A DNA stretch of 64,000 bases from Candidatus Kuenenbacteria bacterium (GCA_012797775.1 JAAZOM010000021.1:6147-70146); one strand, 5' to 3'. Positions 29,248 through 38,905 are shown, counted from the first letter of the stretch. Translations and numbers: made by a program. The notes: generated by a model from the letters alone, not told the origin.

Positions 29248-30678
29248 TTAATCATAATAATTCACGATGCCAGAATTTTTGCCTGACACAACTTCCATAT
29301 TGCCTGTAACATATACATTTAATCTGCTCGTATTTATCGCGTTAATTGTCGCTTGCTCCGTTGTAAATTTATCCATTTCAATCCAGCAATCACCTGAATT
29401 TATTATTAAATTTTTAGCTGAACCAGTCAGATTGATTATACCACCTTCAGCTTCTAATTTTAACGTATTAGCAACTTCTATATTACCTTTTATATTATTA
29501 AATCTATGAGTAAGTTTTATTTCCAAATTATTAATTTCCAAATCTTCTAATATAATATTAGCGGCTTCATTCTCTATTTTTTCAATATCGGGCATTGTTA
29601 TTTCTATTGTTAAACGCTTAGTGCCGGCTGCAAATGGTATTTTATCATTCTCCATCGTCCAAGTATTGGTATTATAATATGTCTCCAATTCCGATCTTTT
29701 GATATTTAAAGTATCGCCGACTTTGGCAAATTCTAATCCAATCTGGTCATACTCGCTGCCTATGACTTTAATATCAAAATATTCACCTTGCTTAATTATT
29801 ATGTCGTCAAACTTAACGTAGCGTGAAATATAAATACTATCAAAATCTTTAATATCAATACTGACTTCTTGCATTTTTTCTTTGAACTCAGTCTTTTTAT
29901 TTTGAAATTCAGTATTCAGGTGACAAGACTGCAAGATAAAAATTCCCAAACATAATATGAATAATAAAATTAATTTTAAAAATAATTTTAAATTAAAAAT
30001 ATTTTTCTTACTGGAAAACAGCATTAATCCCAATATTCCTACAAAAAACAATGGTATTGTAATAATGGCCAGCAAGGATAAAAGCGATAAATAATAGTTA
30101 AAAAATCCAACAACGTCTATTATCCTAAAATCAACCATTACGTGCTGAAGCCAAGAACATGAGGGATTAAAAAATAAAATCAAAAATATAATTACAGATG
30201 TCAATATTCCCAACGACCCCACGCCCAAAAATATTCCTCCAAATATTTTTCTCAAAGTTATGGTTATTTTTGAATTTGGATATTTCTTAAATTGCTCCGA
30301 TATGCCTCTGATAACCAAACCAATCAACCCGCCAGCCAGACTTAAAACAACAAAAGGGAAAAACATATCTAAAAACATATAGAAGTCAAAAGGTGGTTTG
30401 TACAAATACAAATGACGTGAATATTCAACAAAATAAGCGACCAAGACAATAGCTATATTGTTAACCAAAGTGCCAATAAAAAGAATCGGCAAAAATTCAT
30501 AACTTCTATTTTTATTTTGTAGCAATATAAACAAAATACCACTAACAAGTGGTATGAGTAGATATATAAGAATTACGGGGATGTAACCAAATACCATACC
30601 ATCCAAACTGCGTGGCGATAACATAATAAGCAAGTTGATAATTACAGTGCCAATAAAAATAAAGGATATTTTTTTCAT
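29248..30678 (-). CDS. Polytopic membrane protein with C-terminal beta-rich (DUF4097/adhesin-like) domain
   Basis: About 8 TM helices. The C-terminal repetitive region (NLEIKLTHRFNNIKGNIEVANTLKLEAEGGIINLTGSAKNLII) resembles DUF4097; the match is weak. Confidence 0.5.
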   Translation of the reverse strand: MKKISFIFIGTVIINLLIMLSPRSLDGMVFGYIPVILIYLLIPLVSGILFILLQNKNRSYEFLPILFIGTLVNNIAIVLVAYFVEYSRHLYLYKPPFDFYMFLDMFFPFVVLSLAGGLIGLVIRGISEQFKKYPNSKITITLRKIFGGIFLGVGSLGILTSVIIFLILFFNPSCSWLQHVMVDFRIIDVVGFFNYYLSLLSLLAIITIPLFFVGILGLMLFSSKKNIFNLKLFLKLILLFILCLGIFILQSCHLNTEFQNKKTEFKEKMQEVSIDIKDFDSIYISRYVKFDDIIIKQGEYFDIKVIGSEYDQIGLEFAKVGDTLNIKRSELETYYNTNTWTMENDKIPFAAGTKRLTIEITMPDIEKIENEAANIILEDLEINNLEIKLTHRFNNIKGNIEVANTLKLEAEGGIINLTGSAKNLIINSGDCWIEMDKFTTEQATINAINTSRLNVYVTGNMEVVSGKNSGIVNYYD

Positions 30679-30690
30679 AATATATTTAAA

Positions 30691-31572
30691 TTACCAATAA
30701 ATCACATTTTCATTATCTGACCAAAAAACATTTTCATATCTGTTTTTAGATAGCCTGTTGTTTTGTTTAATAATTTCGCCTTTTTCTGGGTCAAAAATAA
30801 ATAAAGTCCAATATTCGTTTACTGTATCATAATCAACTGATTTAATCTTTGCTTCAATCGCTATCCGACTACTATCAGGAGAAAAAACCACATGGTTAAA
30901 ATCAAGCAATTTCATTTCTTTAAAATGAGTAATAAAATACCCATCATTTATAAAAGATAAATTAATCAGTCTTAAGCTTAAGTTCTGATTGTTGCAACTG
31001 TGATCTATTTCCATAACAGGTGGATTTTTATCACACTCACTTTCTAGAAAAACAACCTTTCTACCATCTTGCGATTTAGCAACTAATTTACCTTTAGTCG
31101 GTAATTCTACAGTTTTTCTGGTTTTAAAATTTAAATAATAATTAGTAAATGGACCATTATATAATTTACTATCTTGAGGCCATTGCCAAGCCGAACCAAT
31201 TAAAGTGTCTTTTGTTAAAGGTGTAAGTATTGGATCTATATAATTAGTATAAAAACCCAAGGAATATTTAATCTCTCCATTTTTCGTGATTCTAGTCCGA
31301 CCAACACCAAAATCAGCATCTTCTCCTATATGATTAAAAGAAAACATACCTTCATATTTATCAATATTGAAAATAGACGGCTCATTTAAACTTAAAATTT
31401 GTCCTGATAAATTGTTGATTTCATTATCAATATCATCAAGCTTATTTTGAGTATGACAATTGAAATACGGGGGTTGTGTCAAACAAGCATCACCGCGTTT
31501 AAACCAATAAATAAAAATAGCAACTATTGCTAATATTATTAGCGCTAAAACAATACAAATTTTTCTTTTCAT
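30691..31572 (-). CDS. Hypothetical membrane-anchored protein (293 aa), possibly beta-propeller-like
   Basis: N-terminal TM helix. Motifs such as VVFSPDSSRIAIEA. Confidence 0.5.
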   Translation of the reverse strand: MKRKICIVLALIILAIVAIFIYWFKRGDACLTQPPYFNCHTQNKLDDIDNEINNLSGQILSLNEPSIFNIDKYEGMFSFNHIGEDADFGVGRTRITKNGEIKYSLGFYTNYIDPILTPLTKDTLIGSAWQWPQDSKLYNGPFTNYYLNFKTRKTVELPTKGKLVAKSQDGRKVVFLESECDKNPPVMEIDHSCNNQNLSLRLINLSFINDGYFITHFKEMKLLDFNHVVFSPDSSRIAIEAKIKSVDYDTVNEYWTLFIFDPEKGEIIKQNNRLSKNRYENVFWSDNENVIYW

Positions 31573-31694
31573 GTTGTTTATTATACCTTATTTAAGAAAA
31601 AAAAACACCTGTTAAAACAGGTGTTTTTAAAATTCATTGGCCCAGAAGGGATTACTTTCGGCTTTGGATGGTTAATAATGATTAATAGTTTTGC

Positions 31695-33197
31695 CTATTG
31701 AACCTGTCTTAAGCTACTACCATCCCATTCAATCACTGGTTCATCACCATATTTCGCCTTTATTTCTACTGAATGATTTTGCCAAGTTCCATATTCAATG
31801 GTCTTGTTTTTTGGCCCCTCAAAAGGAGCTATGGCAAAATAAACCGTTATTCTATAACTATCGGCTAGCATTTCCGCTGATTGACTATTCTTTTTTAGAT
31901 CAGATGGACGGAAACCATGTTTGAAGCTTTCTCCCTGACCATAGACTTTCCCCATTGTATAGATGCCGCCGACATCTCTATCCTCGGCCGGATTAGCCGC
32001 CAGATCATCCCAACAAGTTGGATTAAAACAAACATCCATCATATAAGATTCTCCGCTGACATTCACAATTTTAAAAATCTGATTAGAATTAATATCAGAA
32101 TTAGTTTTTGGAGTTTCCGTGCTAACTTCTTCTTTTAGAACTTCTGTTGGCTTTACTTCTTGCTTGATTTCTTCTTTAATTTCTTCTTCAATTTGTTTCA
32201 TTATTTCCTCAACTTTTTCTCCGCTTTTAACGATATTATTTTCTTTCATCCACTCAGGCACTTCCTCCTCAGTCAACCCAGCCACACTAGCTTTAGTTTC
32301 ACCCTTTTCATCAGTTTTAATGCTAATTCCCAATATTTTTTCGTCTTGAATGGCTGATCTGATTTGATCGGCAGCAAAATAGCCAGCACTAACTTTTTCC
32401 ATCGCCTTTGACATATTTCCCGGCAAATTGGCAATTGTCAAAATACTAGCTGCTGGTTCAGTCACTGCTCTCGCCTTATTTACCATTTCCGATACCTTAT
32501 TTTTATCTCCCAGAGCTATTCTGGCTTCATCATCCGCCACCTCCAAAACCAAATCCGCACCGCCTACCACTGTCGCTGTCGTTGCCAAAACCCCAGTAGC
32601 ACCTCCGGTCAGCACTACCCCTCCCACAAACACCGTCACCTTGGCTCCGTTTTTAATTCTCATTGAATTTTGTTCGCAAGTTTCAAAGACATCTCCTTCC
32701 TCCCCATAAGCCTCTCGGGTAATTTGATCTTGAGTTTGGTTCAAAATTAAGTGAGCCATTTTGACATCAACTCCCAGGTGTTTAGCCAGGGTTCTTACAG
32801 TTTTACCAGCTGGAGCACTTTCAATTACTTTTTGAATTTCAACTGAAGTATAAGCAGAAGCACCTTTTACTAAATTAAATGCTGTTTTTTTATTAGCCAT
32901 TTTGTCAGCTTCTTTTTCTAACTCCGCTACTTCGCCTTCCAGCGCTTTCCACCCATCAATAACAGCACTCATTTCAGTATTCCATTTATCATAATCTCCG
33001 TACTCTTTGGCTTTTTCTAAAACATTTTCAGTCCGATATCTAAGTAGAGTATATTCTTTTGAAACGGATAGGGTTTTTCTATAAACCGTCTGGTCTAAAG
33101 TTGGAGTTTTGTCTCCTTTTTTTAAGGCCAAAAAACCGACGACCATGACTATTATTACAGTAACAATTGCGATTGGCAAGATTTTTTTTATCGACAT
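31695..33197 (-). CDS. Hypothetical membrane-anchored protein (500 aa) with acidic EEIK repeat linker
   Basis: N-terminal TM helix, a Gly/Thr/Ala-rich segment and EEIKEEIKQEVKPTEV repeats. Confidence 0.5.
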   Translation of the reverse strand: MSIKKILPIAIVTVIIVMVVGFLALKKGDKTPTLDQTVYRKTLSVSKEYTLLRYRTENVLEKAKEYGDYDKWNTEMSAVIDGWKALEGEVAELEKEADKMANKKTAFNLVKGASAYTSVEIQKVIESAPAGKTVRTLAKHLGVDVKMAHLILNQTQDQITREAYGEEGDVFETCEQNSMRIKNGAKVTVFVGGVVLTGGATGVLATTATVVGGADLVLEVADDEARIALGDKNKVSEMVNKARAVTEPAASILTIANLPGNMSKAMEKVSAGYFAADQIRSAIQDEKILGISIKTDEKGETKASVAGLTEEEVPEWMKENNIVKSGEKVEEIMKQIEEEIKEEIKQEVKPTEVLKEEVSTETPKTNSDINSNQIFKIVNVSGESYMMDVCFNPTCWDDLAANPAEDRDVGGIYTMGKVYGQGESFKHGFRPSDLKKNSQSAEMLADSYRITVYFAIAPFEGPKNKTIEYGTWQNHSVEIKAKYGDEPVIEWDGSSLRQVQ

Positions 33198-33281
33198 AGG
33201 CTATTTTATTAAAAATTAATAAGACATATTTATCCCTATAAAAATAGAAAAGTTCTGACAAAAATAAATATTAATATTTAT

Positions 33282-33779
33282 TTAATCGACAATATAGTTT
33301 CTTTCAGCTTTGAAAGTTTCGATTAGGTTTTCTTGAAAATCTTTGATTAACACCGTTACCTCGACTCTAAGTTTACCCACTTTTTCAATAAATGTAGAAG
33401 TAAAAGCACATGTATTATCTCCACCAGCACTCAACACTGTCCGAACTGTCTGTTCTTTATAAAGCACTTCTTCATTGTTTTCGTTAAGGTAAAATCTCCA
33501 TTCACAAAAACCAAATTTTCCGTATTCATCCTCAAAATTATCAATCTTAGCCGACCACATTCGAGCTTGTCTGGCTTGGAACATTTCTTCCTTTGGGCTA
33601 ATGATTATTACCTTAATTGGTTTTTTCTCTTTTTCTTCAACAGGGGCAATTTCGGCACTTTTCTCGCTAATGTTTATTTCTTGTTTTGTCGTTTGTTTTG
33701 GTTGTTTTAATTTAATAAACACTGTTCCCGAAATTATTAAAATTAACAAGACAAGGATTATCCATCTATTATTTTTCAT
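33282..33779 (-). CDS. Hypothetical membrane-anchored protein (165 aa)
   Basis: N-terminal TM helix. It is the first gene of the minus-strand block that ends at 27078. Confidence 0.5.
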   Translation of the reverse strand: MKNNRWIILVLLILIISGTVFIKLKQPKQTTKQEINISEKSAEIAPVEEKEKKPIKVIIISPKEEMFQARQARMWSAKIDNFEDEYGKFGFCEWRFYLNENNEEVLYKEQTVRTVLSAGGDNTCAFTSTFIEKVGKLRVEVTVLIKDFQENLIETFKAERNYIVD

Positions 33780-33875
33780 TTTTTCATAATTTAATTATAA
33801 ATTTGGCTATTTTTTAATTGTTTTCCTAGCCCAATACATGTTTGCCCAGCGCCAATATTATTATGAGTTTACTTA

Positions 33876-33922
33876 AAAATTAAAAAATCCACCAGCATAA
33901 AGTTGATGAGTTTTTTAATTCT
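33876..33922. repeat. Direct repeat copy 2 (47 bp), overlapping the last 3 nt of tRNA-Asn
   Basis: Same sequence as 26855..26900 with one extra A. It ends with the CTC that is complementary to the tRNA 3' end. Confidence 0.85.
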
Positions 33923-33992
33923 CGGGGACAGGGATTCGAACCCTGGACCCATTGGTTAACAGCCAATTGCTCTACCGCTGAGCTATCCCCGA
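33920..33992 (-). tRNA. tRNA-Asn (anticodon GTT)
   Basis: Cloverleaf: acceptor TCGGGGA/TCCCCGA, D-arm GCTC-AGCGGTA-GAGC, anticodon stem ATTGG/CCAAT with loop CTGTTAA, T-arm CAGGG-TTCGAAT-CCCTG. No CCA is encoded. Confidence 0.9.
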
Positions 33993-34237
33993 ATAAAACC
34001 TTTTATAAATTGTCTGCCTCGATAACTTTTTAATTCTTTCTCCCTTTTTAATGCCTCTTCCCTGCTCGCAACATGCTCTAAGCAGATAGCAACCCATTCA
34101 CCATCAAACCTAGCGGTATATCCCTTGGAAAAAATTTTATTGTTATGCAAAGCTAAACGTTCTTCTAAATTTTTAGTCTGCCCTATATAAATTTTATTAT
34201 GTTTTTTATTATAAACACAATAAACTATAAATTCCAT
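33983..34237 (-). CDS. Small GIY-YIG nuclease family protein (YhbQ/Slx1-like URI domain)
   Basis: IVYCVYNKKHNKIYIGQTKNLEERLALHN carries the GIY...YIG...R...E...N motifs. The last 3 codons and the stop overlap the tRNA-Asn acceptor stem. Confidence 0.8.
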   Translation of the reverse strand: MEFIVYCVYNKKHNKIYIGQTKNLEERLALHNNKIFSKGYTARFDGEWVAICLEHVASREEALKREKELKSYRGRQFIKGFIRG

Positions 34238-34243
34238 ATAATT

Positions 34244-34284
34244 ATTGCTCTACCTCCGCCAGCTGGCGGAGAGCTATCCCCGAA
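34244..34284 (-). repeat. Partial duplicate of the tRNA-Asn 5' region (acceptor + D-arm + position 26-28) with a 16-bp perfect palindrome TCCGCCAGCTGGCGGA replacing D-loop nucleotides
   Basis: The minus strand reads TTCGGGGATAGCTC-[TCCGCCAGCTGGCGGA]-GGTAGAGCAAT, against the genuine TTCGGGGATAGCTCAGCGGTAGAGCAAT. It lies 6 nt upstream of the GIY-YIG ATG. Confidence 0.7.
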
Positions 34285-34297
34285 TGTGATTCAAAAT

Positions 34298-35629
34298 TTA
34301 ATAGTCTTTCAACTTTTTCATGTCCAAATGCTGTTGAATTTTCTCCAAAGCCTTGGTCTCAATCTGGCGAATACGTTCGCGGGTCACACCAAATTCTTGA
34401 CCGACTTCCTCTAGGGTGTGGGCGACACCATCAACTAGACCAAAACGCATTTCTAAAATTTTTCTCTCCCTGGGCGTTAATTCTTCAATAATACTTTTAA
34501 CATGTTCAGCCAAAAGCCGCAAGGAGGCGGCCTTTGATGGGCTCATAGTCTTGGTATCTTCAATAAAATCAGAAAGCTTGGCATCGTCGTCACCATCATC
34601 ACCGACCGAAGTTTCGAGAGAGACAGTATCTTGGGAAATCTGCATGATATGATTAATCTTTTCAATTTCTTCTCCCATTTCGGCGGCGATTTCCTCGGCT
34701 AGGGGCTCACGGCCAAGATCTTGGATCAGGCGGCGTTGAACCTGTTGAAATTTATTAATTGTTTCTACCATGTGGACGGGGATGCGGATAGTACGAGATT
34801 GGTCAGCAAGCGCCCGGGTGATAGCTTGACGGATCCACCAGGTAGCATAAGTAGAGAATTTATAACCCTTGCGATAATCAAATTTTTCTACGGCCCGGAA
34901 TAGACCGATATTGCCTTCTTGAATCAAATCTAATAAAGTCAGGCCGCCACGACCGACAAATTTTTTAGCAATAGAAACAACCAGACGCAGGTTGGATTGA
35001 ATCAGCTTCCTTTCCGCTTCTTTGTCCCCTTTTTCCTTGCGCTTGGCCAACTGCATCTCTTCTTCGGTATGGAGCAATGGCGCTTTGCCGATCTCGCGCA
35101 GATACATCTGAATAGAATCTGAGGAAATATCGGTGAGATCCACTTTTTTCTTGTCTGATTTGATACCGATTTCGTCCAAAATTTCCTTGCGGACTTTTTC
35201 TGTGGCCAAAAAACCAATCTCTTTTTCAATAATATTAACACTCAGGTGATCGAGACGATAAAGTACTTCTTCGGCCTGATCTAAATATTCCTCCATTTCC
35301 GGCAGGGCATAGAGAACTTCTGATTCAGTGACAAAACCGCGCAGCTTCCCCTTTTTTATAAGCGAATCTACTGCCTCTTGGGGAAATTCCACCTTAGGGC
35401 TCATTGCCTTGATTACTTTTTTTACTTTGGCTTTGGGACGAATAATCTTGCCTTTCTTTTTTGATTTGGGGTGGAAAAACTTCTTTTTCAATCTGGGCTT
35501 GAATATTTTTTTTGCTTTATCTTTTTTCTTCATTTTTGGGCTATAATTTTTTTTATTTTTTAACTTAAAATGGGAAGGATGATTTTTCCTCGTTTTTTTC
35601 TTTCTGCTGTTTTTTGGGGGGCGAGCCAT
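34298..35629 (-). CDS. rpoD: RNA polymerase primary sigma factor (sigma-70) with Lys-rich N-terminal extension
   Basis: Regions 2-4 are conserved ([54 protein letters not shown]). The first ~75 residues are K/R-rich. Confidence 0.9.
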   Translation of the reverse strand: MARPPKNSRKKKTRKNHPSHFKLKNKKNYSPKMKKKDKAKKIFKPRLKKKFFHPKSKKKGKIIRPKAKVKKVIKAMSPKVEFPQEAVDSLIKKGKLRGFVTESEVLYALPEMEEYLDQAEEVLYRLDHLSVNIIEKEIGFLATEKVRKEILDEIGIKSDKKKVDLTDISSDSIQMYLREIGKAPLLHTEEEMQLAKRKEKGDKEAERKLIQSNLRLVVSIAKKFVGRGGLTLLDLIQEGNIGLFRAVEKFDYRKGYKFSTYATWWIRQAITRALADQSRTIRIPVHMVETINKFQQVQRRLIQDLGREPLAEEIAAEMGEEIEKINHIMQISQDTVSLETSVGDDGDDDAKLSDFIEDTKTMSPSKAASLRLLAEHVKSIIEELTPRERKILEMRFGLVDGVAHTLEEVGQEFGVTRERIRQIETKALEKIQQHLDMKKLKDY

Positions 35630-35637
35630 AAAGAAAA

Positions 35638-37473
35638 TTAAAAATCCGTGTCTTTTAATTCAGCGGATAAAACATTAAATTGGCTTAAAAGTTCTTTGAT
35701 TTGAGAATTTACTTTTTCACGATCTGCCAGTGTCAACGACTCTGATAAAGAATTTTCCAGCTCGCGCATCTCTTTCTTGATGGTGTTCAGCCTGTCTTCG
35801 GCACAAATTTTTTTGAGATAACCCAGGTGCTGTTTGATTTCGTGAACAGCCTCAGCATAAGAGAGCTCACGCAATTCTTCTTTCTTTATTATCAGGCTAT
35901 TTGCGAGTGTTGTCAAACTCGGATTGCTTTTTGTGACATAATCGACGGGATCAGATGTCGGCGCATTGCCCGAAAGCTGCTTGGTTAAAAAAACAACCAA
36001 GAGGCGGTAAACTTCTTGCCAGTCAGGGCTAAGATAGTCGGGAGAAAGCTGCTCGCTAATATAAACAGCATAGTCTGGGTCAACCAGCATAAAAGACAAC
36101 AAACGAGTGGTGACGGCTGACTTTTTATCAATATTAATCTTTCTTTGGTTATTCTCAGCTGCTGGCTGGCTCATTTTTTGGCCGGATACTTTATTTTTTG
36201 CCTTGTCAATTGCGGAGCGAAGTGAACTCTCGGAAACGTTTAGCTTTTCAGATATTTTTTTGAGGTAGAAATCTTGTTCAATCTGGTTTTCCAATTTAAT
36301 AACAATATTTAAAAGGTTTTTTGCAGCCAATTTTTTACTCTCAATTTTTTCCGGATGATAATCAACTAAATAGAGGTTGAGAAAATACTCCATAGCTGGG
36401 ATCGCCTTGGTGACGAGCGACTGCCAAGCAGCTGGGTCTTTTTGGGCCAATTCATCTGGGTCTTTGGCAATATTTTTTGGGATAACAGCGACTTTGACAT
36501 TGGTCTCTTCCTGCCAGGCCAAAGTAATGGCTCTTTCAGCGGCTCTAATGCCGGCGGAATCAGCATCAAAAGAAAAAATAATATTGTTGGTATAACGTTG
36601 TAATATTTTCACCTGTTCGCGGGTAAAAGCGGTACCAGAAACAGCAACGACATTTTTGACTCCCCCCCGGACAGAGCCAATAACGTCCATATTGCCCTCG
36701 ACGATAACAACAAAATTTTTATCTTTAATATGTTGTTTCGCCTGATAGAGACCAAAAATAACTTCTGATTTATTATAAACGGCGGTTTGGGGAGTATTAA
36801 CATACTTGGCTTGCTCTTCAGCTTTCATGGCCCGGCCGGTAAAACCAACCGCGTTGCCATGATAGTCCAAGATGGGGAACATGATGCGATCGCGAAAACG
36901 ATCATAATATTCATAGCCGCCAGATTTGGGCACCACTAGGCCGCTTTGGATTATTTCTTCTCGTGTGAATTGCTTGTTTCGCAGGTGCTCCCCCAGGGCA
37001 TCCCAGCTATCTAGCGCATAACCCAGTTGCCAATCTTTTATTAATTGGTCATTTAGACCGCGAGCTTCCCGGAGATACTTTAGAGCTCTGGCGCCAGCAG
37101 AAGAATTTAATAATTGACCAGAAAACCAATCCGTCGCTATTTCATTCATGCTCAAAATGCGCGTTTTGAGATTGATGGTTTTGGGGTCCTGATATTGCAA
37201 GTGGACGCCGGCCTTATTGGCGAGAATCTTGAGGGCTTCTGGAAAATCAATATTTTCTATTTTTTTGATAAACTCGAACATGTCACCACCTTCATTACAG
37301 CCAAAACAATGCCACATCTGGCGCTCGCGGGAAACCATAAAAGACGGCGTTTTTTCCTGATGGAAAGGACAGTTCGCTTTGAAATTGACCCCAGCTTGTT
37401 TTAGGGGCAGATATTCCTGGATAATATCCACAATATCCAGCTTGGATTTTATTTCTTCAACGTTAGAGAGCAT
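35638..37473 (-). CDS. dnaG: DNA primase
   Basis: CHC2 zinc finger ([11 protein letters not shown]...HCFGC), a TOPRIM domain (VIVEGNMD...DAD) and a C-terminal helical domain. Confidence 0.9.
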   Translation of the reverse strand: MLSNVEEIKSKLDIVDIIQEYLPLKQAGVNFKANCPFHQEKTPSFMVSRERQMWHCFGCNEGGDMFEFIKKIENIDFPEALKILANKAGVHLQYQDPKTINLKTRILSMNEIATDWFSGQLLNSSAGARALKYLREARGLNDQLIKDWQLGYALDSWDALGEHLRNKQFTREEIIQSGLVVPKSGGYEYYDRFRDRIMFPILDYHGNAVGFTGRAMKAEEQAKYVNTPQTAVYNKSEVIFGLYQAKQHIKDKNFVVIVEGNMDVIGSVRGGVKNVVAVSGTAFTREQVKILQRYTNNIIFSFDADSAGIRAAERAITLAWQEETNVKVAVIPKNIAKDPDELAQKDPAAWQSLVTKAIPAMEYFLNLYLVDYHPEKIESKKLAAKNLLNIVIKLENQIEQDFYLKKISEKLNVSESSLRSAIDKAKNKVSGQKMSQPAAENNQRKINIDKKSAVTTRLLSFMLVDPDYAVYISEQLSPDYLSPDWQEVYRLLVVFLTKQLSGNAPTSDPVDYVTKSNPSLTTLANSLIIKKEELRELSYAEAVHEIKQHLGYLKKICAEDRLNTIKKEMRELENSLSESLTLADREKVNSQIKELLSQFNVLSAELKDTDF

Positions 37474-37484
37474 CTAAGTAATTT

Positions 37485-38588
37485 TCAATTTTTAATTTTT
37501 AAATAACCCAACAATTCTTTTTGGCTAAAGCCCACCAATTCTGGTTCGAGCTCTAGTTCTATCCCGGTTTTGGCAAAAACTGTCTGGCGGACTTTTTTGA
37601 CTAGATTCATAATGTCATCAGCCGTGGCGGAATTATTCTTATTAATAATAATCAACGGCTGTTTCTCATAAATAAAGGCCTGGCCAGCGCTCTCCCCTTT
37701 CAGGCCGCAAATATCTAATATCCAGGCAGTGGGAATCTTGATAGCTTCAGCCATGGGAAATTTATTTTTTATCTCCTCAAGGTTGGTGACTGTATCGGAA
37801 TTAAAATTGGCGGAAATTTTTTCTTTGAGCTTTTGATATTCTTCGGTGGTAAGTAATAAATTCTTAAAAAATGACCCGGCAGAGCCCAAGACTTCGGGGT
37901 CTGGTAATTTATACTGACGGATGGTAGCAATGGCCTGACGGATGTCAGACAAATTTGGTTCAATAATATTTTTTTCAGCAAAATATTTGGCGACATCTGG
38001 GTAGTTGATATTGGACGTGCCGGTTTTTTTTAATTCCAAGACAGCGGAAAGAATGAGGTAGCGTTCAGTTTTTTGAAATAAACTGCTGCGATAACCAAAA
38101 TGGCAATCGTCTTTAAAAAATTCTTTGACCTCACTAATTTCGCGGTCGTAGATTTCTACCCGATTTACGACCGAGCTAATTTCCGCGCCATAAGCGCCGG
38201 CGTTTTGGACAATAATGCCACCAAGCGTGCCATAAATAAGAGATAGGTTTTCTAAACCCCACCAGCCATGCCGAACCACTCGAGCAACAACCTCGTCCCA
38301 ATTTTCGCCAGCCCCAATTTTTAAAAATACTTTATCATCATCTTCATGCAAAACCTCCCAGTATTTAATTTTTACTTGGATAACTAAACCGGGAAATCCG
38401 GCGTCACTAATAACCAAATTGCTGCCGCCGCCGAGAATAAAAACTGATAAAGTTTTCTCTTTGGCCCAGTCAATGGCGGACCGAAGATCCTCAATGTTTT
38501 TGGCTTCAATAAAAAAACGAGCCGGGCCACCAACATGCATGGTAGTCAGGTCTTTTAGGGACACATTTTCTTGAATATTTGGGCTCAT
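37485..38588 (-). CDS. murB: UDP-N-acetylenolpyruvoylglucosamine reductase with C-terminal extension
   Basis: FAD-binding PCMH domain (HVGGPARFF...LGGGSNL) and the MurB C-terminal domain. At 367 aa it is longer than typical MurB. Confidence 0.85.
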   Translation of the reverse strand: MSPNIQENVSLKDLTTMHVGGPARFFIEAKNIEDLRSAIDWAKEKTLSVFILGGGSNLVISDAGFPGLVIQVKIKYWEVLHEDDDKVFLKIGAGENWDEVVARVVRHGWWGLENLSLIYGTLGGIIVQNAGAYGAEISSVVNRVEIYDREISEVKEFFKDDCHFGYRSSLFQKTERYLILSAVLELKKTGTSNINYPDVAKYFAEKNIIEPNLSDIRQAIATIRQYKLPDPEVLGSAGSFFKNLLLTTEEYQKLKEKISANFNSDTVTNLEEIKNKFPMAEAIKIPTAWILDICGLKGESAGQAFIYEKQPLIIINKNNSATADDIMNLVKKVRQTVFAKTGIELELEPELVGFSQKELLGYLKIKN

Positions 38589-38640
38589 AGTAGATTAAGC
38601 TTACTACAATCTCATTTTAACGCAAATGTGGGTATAAAAG

Positions 38641-38905
38641 CAAAAACCCAGCCGACGGCTGGCGTTTCTAAAAATAATTCTATCCAGAACGGAGAGCGGG
38701 TCGGTCACAACTCTCGTCGGCTTCCGCCTCCTCGGCGCGACCCCGCCTCGTGGTGCGGCTCGCTCCTTGGCTCGCCACACATCACTCCGGCTTTAGAATC
38801 CCTCACGCGAGCCAAGCAGCTGGCTCGCTTCTCACCCGGTTTGATATCAGAGTGGATAAAGCCTAATAAGAAGCAATAAAAATATTTTGGCTGTTCTATT
38901 CAGAG
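38641..38905 (-). ncRNA. Candidate structured non-coding RNA (unassigned family) ending in a rho-independent terminator, immediately downstream of tRNA-Ser
   Basis: A ~260-nt, non-coding, ~58% GC block sits in a ~40% GC genome. On the minus strand it has a perfect 8-bp hairpin GCGAGCCA-GCTGCT-TGGCTCGC, repeated GTGAG and CGAGCC elements, and a 3' terminator GCCAGCCGUCGGCUGGG + UUUUUG at 38645-38668. The only ORF is a spurious plus-strand one. Confidence 0.3.

Noticed and set aside
38571-38879. 102-aa plus-strand ORF across the GC-rich interval
   Set aside because: It is Arg/Pro/Ser-rich with no start context, on the opposite strand to all neighbours. The region is better explained as structured RNA with a terminator.
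38641-38905. Attempted assignment of the structured RNA to RNase P RNA, tmRNA or SRP RNA
   Set aside because: There is no GGAAAGUCC-type P4 element. There is no GGUUCGA tRNA-like 3' terminus and no tag ORF. A GGC-GGAA-GCC tetraloop hairpin exists, but the flanking sequence does not fit the SRP domain IV consensus by eye. The feature is left unassigned rather than named.
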